A stretch of DNA of 38,331 nt from Octopus bimaculoides (Eukaryota): contig NC_068985.1 of assembly GCF_001194135.2 (NCBI RefSeq), forward strand, positions 51,082,150-51,120,480. The letters run 5' to 3'. The position numbers were made by a program, and so were the translations under genes. A model generated the notes under the pieces. That model did not search any database. It had not been told where the DNA came from and worked only from the letters and a program-made list of their open reading frames with translations. Positions 36,420 through 38,331 of the stretch are shown piece after piece. How positions within the stretch are numbered: position 1 is the stretch's first letter; each line of letters begins with the position of its first letter.

Positions 36420-36640
36420 CAGGATTTAAATTTTGAATGCAAAGAACTGGAACAAATCCTGCAAGGTATGTGGCACAACAATCTTACACTTCTATATATC
36501 TACTGTACTTTTTATTGAGCATAAAAAGACAAAAGGTAAAATTGGTTTCAATGGGATTTAAATTCAGTGAGTTGAAACAAATACCATGAAATATTCCATC
36601 CGATGCTCTACAGCTCTGCCAATTCACTGCTAACAAGAAT
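36420..36640 (-). mobile_element. Decayed family-B SINE copies
   Basis: ggatttaaattttgaatgc...gaacaaatcctgcaagg and ...gctctgccaattcactgc. Confidence 0.6.
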
Positions 36641-37035
36641 TATATGACATTTATTCTTGTAGTTGGGTAATCCTGAAATGATCTTGTTTAGAAGCTCAGT
36701 TGCTGTGAAGTACTTTGATATTTAAATATCAACATGCCGTGATAATGATCATTAATTACACACATCAGAGAAGCACTTAACATTCGGTTAGCATTATACA
36801 AATGCATCTTCAATTTGGGATGTTGAATAGGTCTTACAAAGAATGAAACAGAATCAGTATTTAGGATGTTTATCGACCTCAACCCTAAACATTTTCATTG
36901 TATTATACCTTTTAATCTTGTGACTCCCATCTTAAAAGAACCAACAACTGACAGAAGAGTTCAACCTTGTCATTAATATAGCATCATAAACTAGACTATG
37001 TAACTCAATAAAGGAATCACAAACAGAATACATAC

Positions 37036-37132
37036 TTGAGAGGTTCTCCCAGAGATTTTGGTATTGCGGAACTGGAGTGGAGAGAAAACACTGGAGATGT
37101 AGGAGTCATCAATTTTACTATCATTGGCTGAC
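37036..37132 (-). CDS. Internal exon of gene X (GQPMIVKLMTPTSPVFSLHSSSAIPKSLGEPL, or alternatively SANDSKIDDSYISSVFSPLQFRNTKISGRTSQ)
   Basis: A (TC)n tract followed by atatatag forms the acceptor, with donor CAA|GTATGT. 97 nt with two frames open. Confidence 0.55.
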
Positions 37133-37133
37133 C

Positions 37134-37145
<12 letters not shown>

Positions 37146-37189
<44 letters not shown>

Positions 37190-37207
37190 GTATTTATNNN
37201 NNNNNNN

Positions 37208-37246
<39 letters not shown>
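37146..37246. repeat. (GA)n microsatellite duplicated across a 10-N gap
   Basis: The same (GA)n-cgtatttata sequence occurs on both sides of the gap. Confidence 0.9.
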
Positions 37247-37248
<2 letters not shown>

Positions 37249-38331
37249 GTATTTATAACGTTGTTTAGTCTACAAAGAATACAATTAAAATCTTAATAGT
37301 TAAAAGTAGGCAGTATTCCAAATGAAAAAGTAAAAGGCTTTGTGACAACTAAAATTTTAATTAACATAATGGATCTTTCATGAATTTTGACACTGAGCAT
37401 TCAATTATCTGATCAAATTCACATTCATCTTGTTAAATTAAAATATAAGTGGCTGAGTATTCAACAGACACATGAATCTTTAATGTAATTCTCAAGCTGA
37501 GTCATGATCTGTGACAAAGCCCATCTTTGAATTAAAGAAACAGTTCATCTGACAGGCTTCCAGTTTCCAGCTACCCAGTTCCACTCAGAAGGCTTGGACT
37601 GATGTGAGGCAATGGTGAAAACATTTTCTTGAATTGCCATAGATTGAACCCAAGACCTCATCACTGCAAAGCAAACTTCTCAACCACTCAGCCATGCTTG
37701 CATTTTCTTCCACATAATGTCAGGGATGATTTTTTGTCAAATTGAAAACTTTCAATGACTTTAGATTTGCTAATGGACAGCCCTATCAGACATGTAATAT
37801 CAGATGTGAATCAAACAAGTCAGAAATGATCTGATTTTACTCATTCAATTTCTACTTAATATTTTGTTGATTTTTCAAGGAAGAATGAATAAACATGAAA
37901 AGATTTTTAACCAGGGTTTTAAAAGTTGCTATTCACTAAACTAGCAGGACATCTTTAGCATAGGATTGATGTATTTCAGTACTGATTTAATCATCTTTCT
38001 ACCTTGCTCCAGTAGTATACTTCAGTTACAAAGTTTGTGTTAAGAAAAAACATCTGGCTTATGTAAAGACAGTTTTCTAACTATCTTAAAGATAGAGCTG
38101 ACAGTATTACAAAACTGCTCTATTGAATGAGTGGTTCTAGCCATATAGATATTCACAACAATGTTTCCTAGGAAACTCAACTTTTTTTTACCAAATTCCT
38201 TTGCTATATTCATAACTATGAGACTGTTGTAATCACACTTGCTGTTCAACGGAACAGCTCCATGATCAAAGTTGTTCCAACTGACATTCCTGCAGGTTTT
38301 CAGGCATAATGTATCTAAAACTATATTGTCC

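Noticed and set aside
38040-38249. 69-aa minus-strand ORF (also 36688-36882)
   Set aside because: No phase-compatible splice sites or recognisable homology.

Overview
AT-rich, gappy eukaryotic draft-assembly DNA. The repeat landscape (tRNA-headed SINEs, RTE LINE tails ending in (GAT)n, abundant CA/TA/GA microsatellites) resembles octopus/coleoid genomes; this is recognition from memory, not a database result. Most of the window is transposon debris: several RTE-clade LINE fragments, one CR1/L2-like and one Jockey/I-like LINE remnant, three SINE families, a hAT MITE with an 8-bp TSD and an internally deleted mariner. Most supplied ORFs are artefacts of microsatellites or N-runs. Reading splice signals by eye suggests host genes on the minus strand. 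One is a Ser/Thr-rich last exon (35497-35690) with an upstream 97-nt exon. The other is a chain of short phase-compatible exons (28538-28571, 26536-26576, 25356-25458) of an unidentified gene, whose possible 5' exons lie in a block present 2-3 times (29277-35135). Structural oddities include a CpG-retaining island at about 23.7-24.9 kb, a ~360-bp inverted pair flanking it, a 34-bp locally templated inverted insertion inside a SINE, and a SINE-head/RTE-tail chimera. I found no CRISPR, rRNA or genuine tRNA genes and cannot claim a new biological system. TE boundaries are approximate, and all alignments and counts were done by eye.
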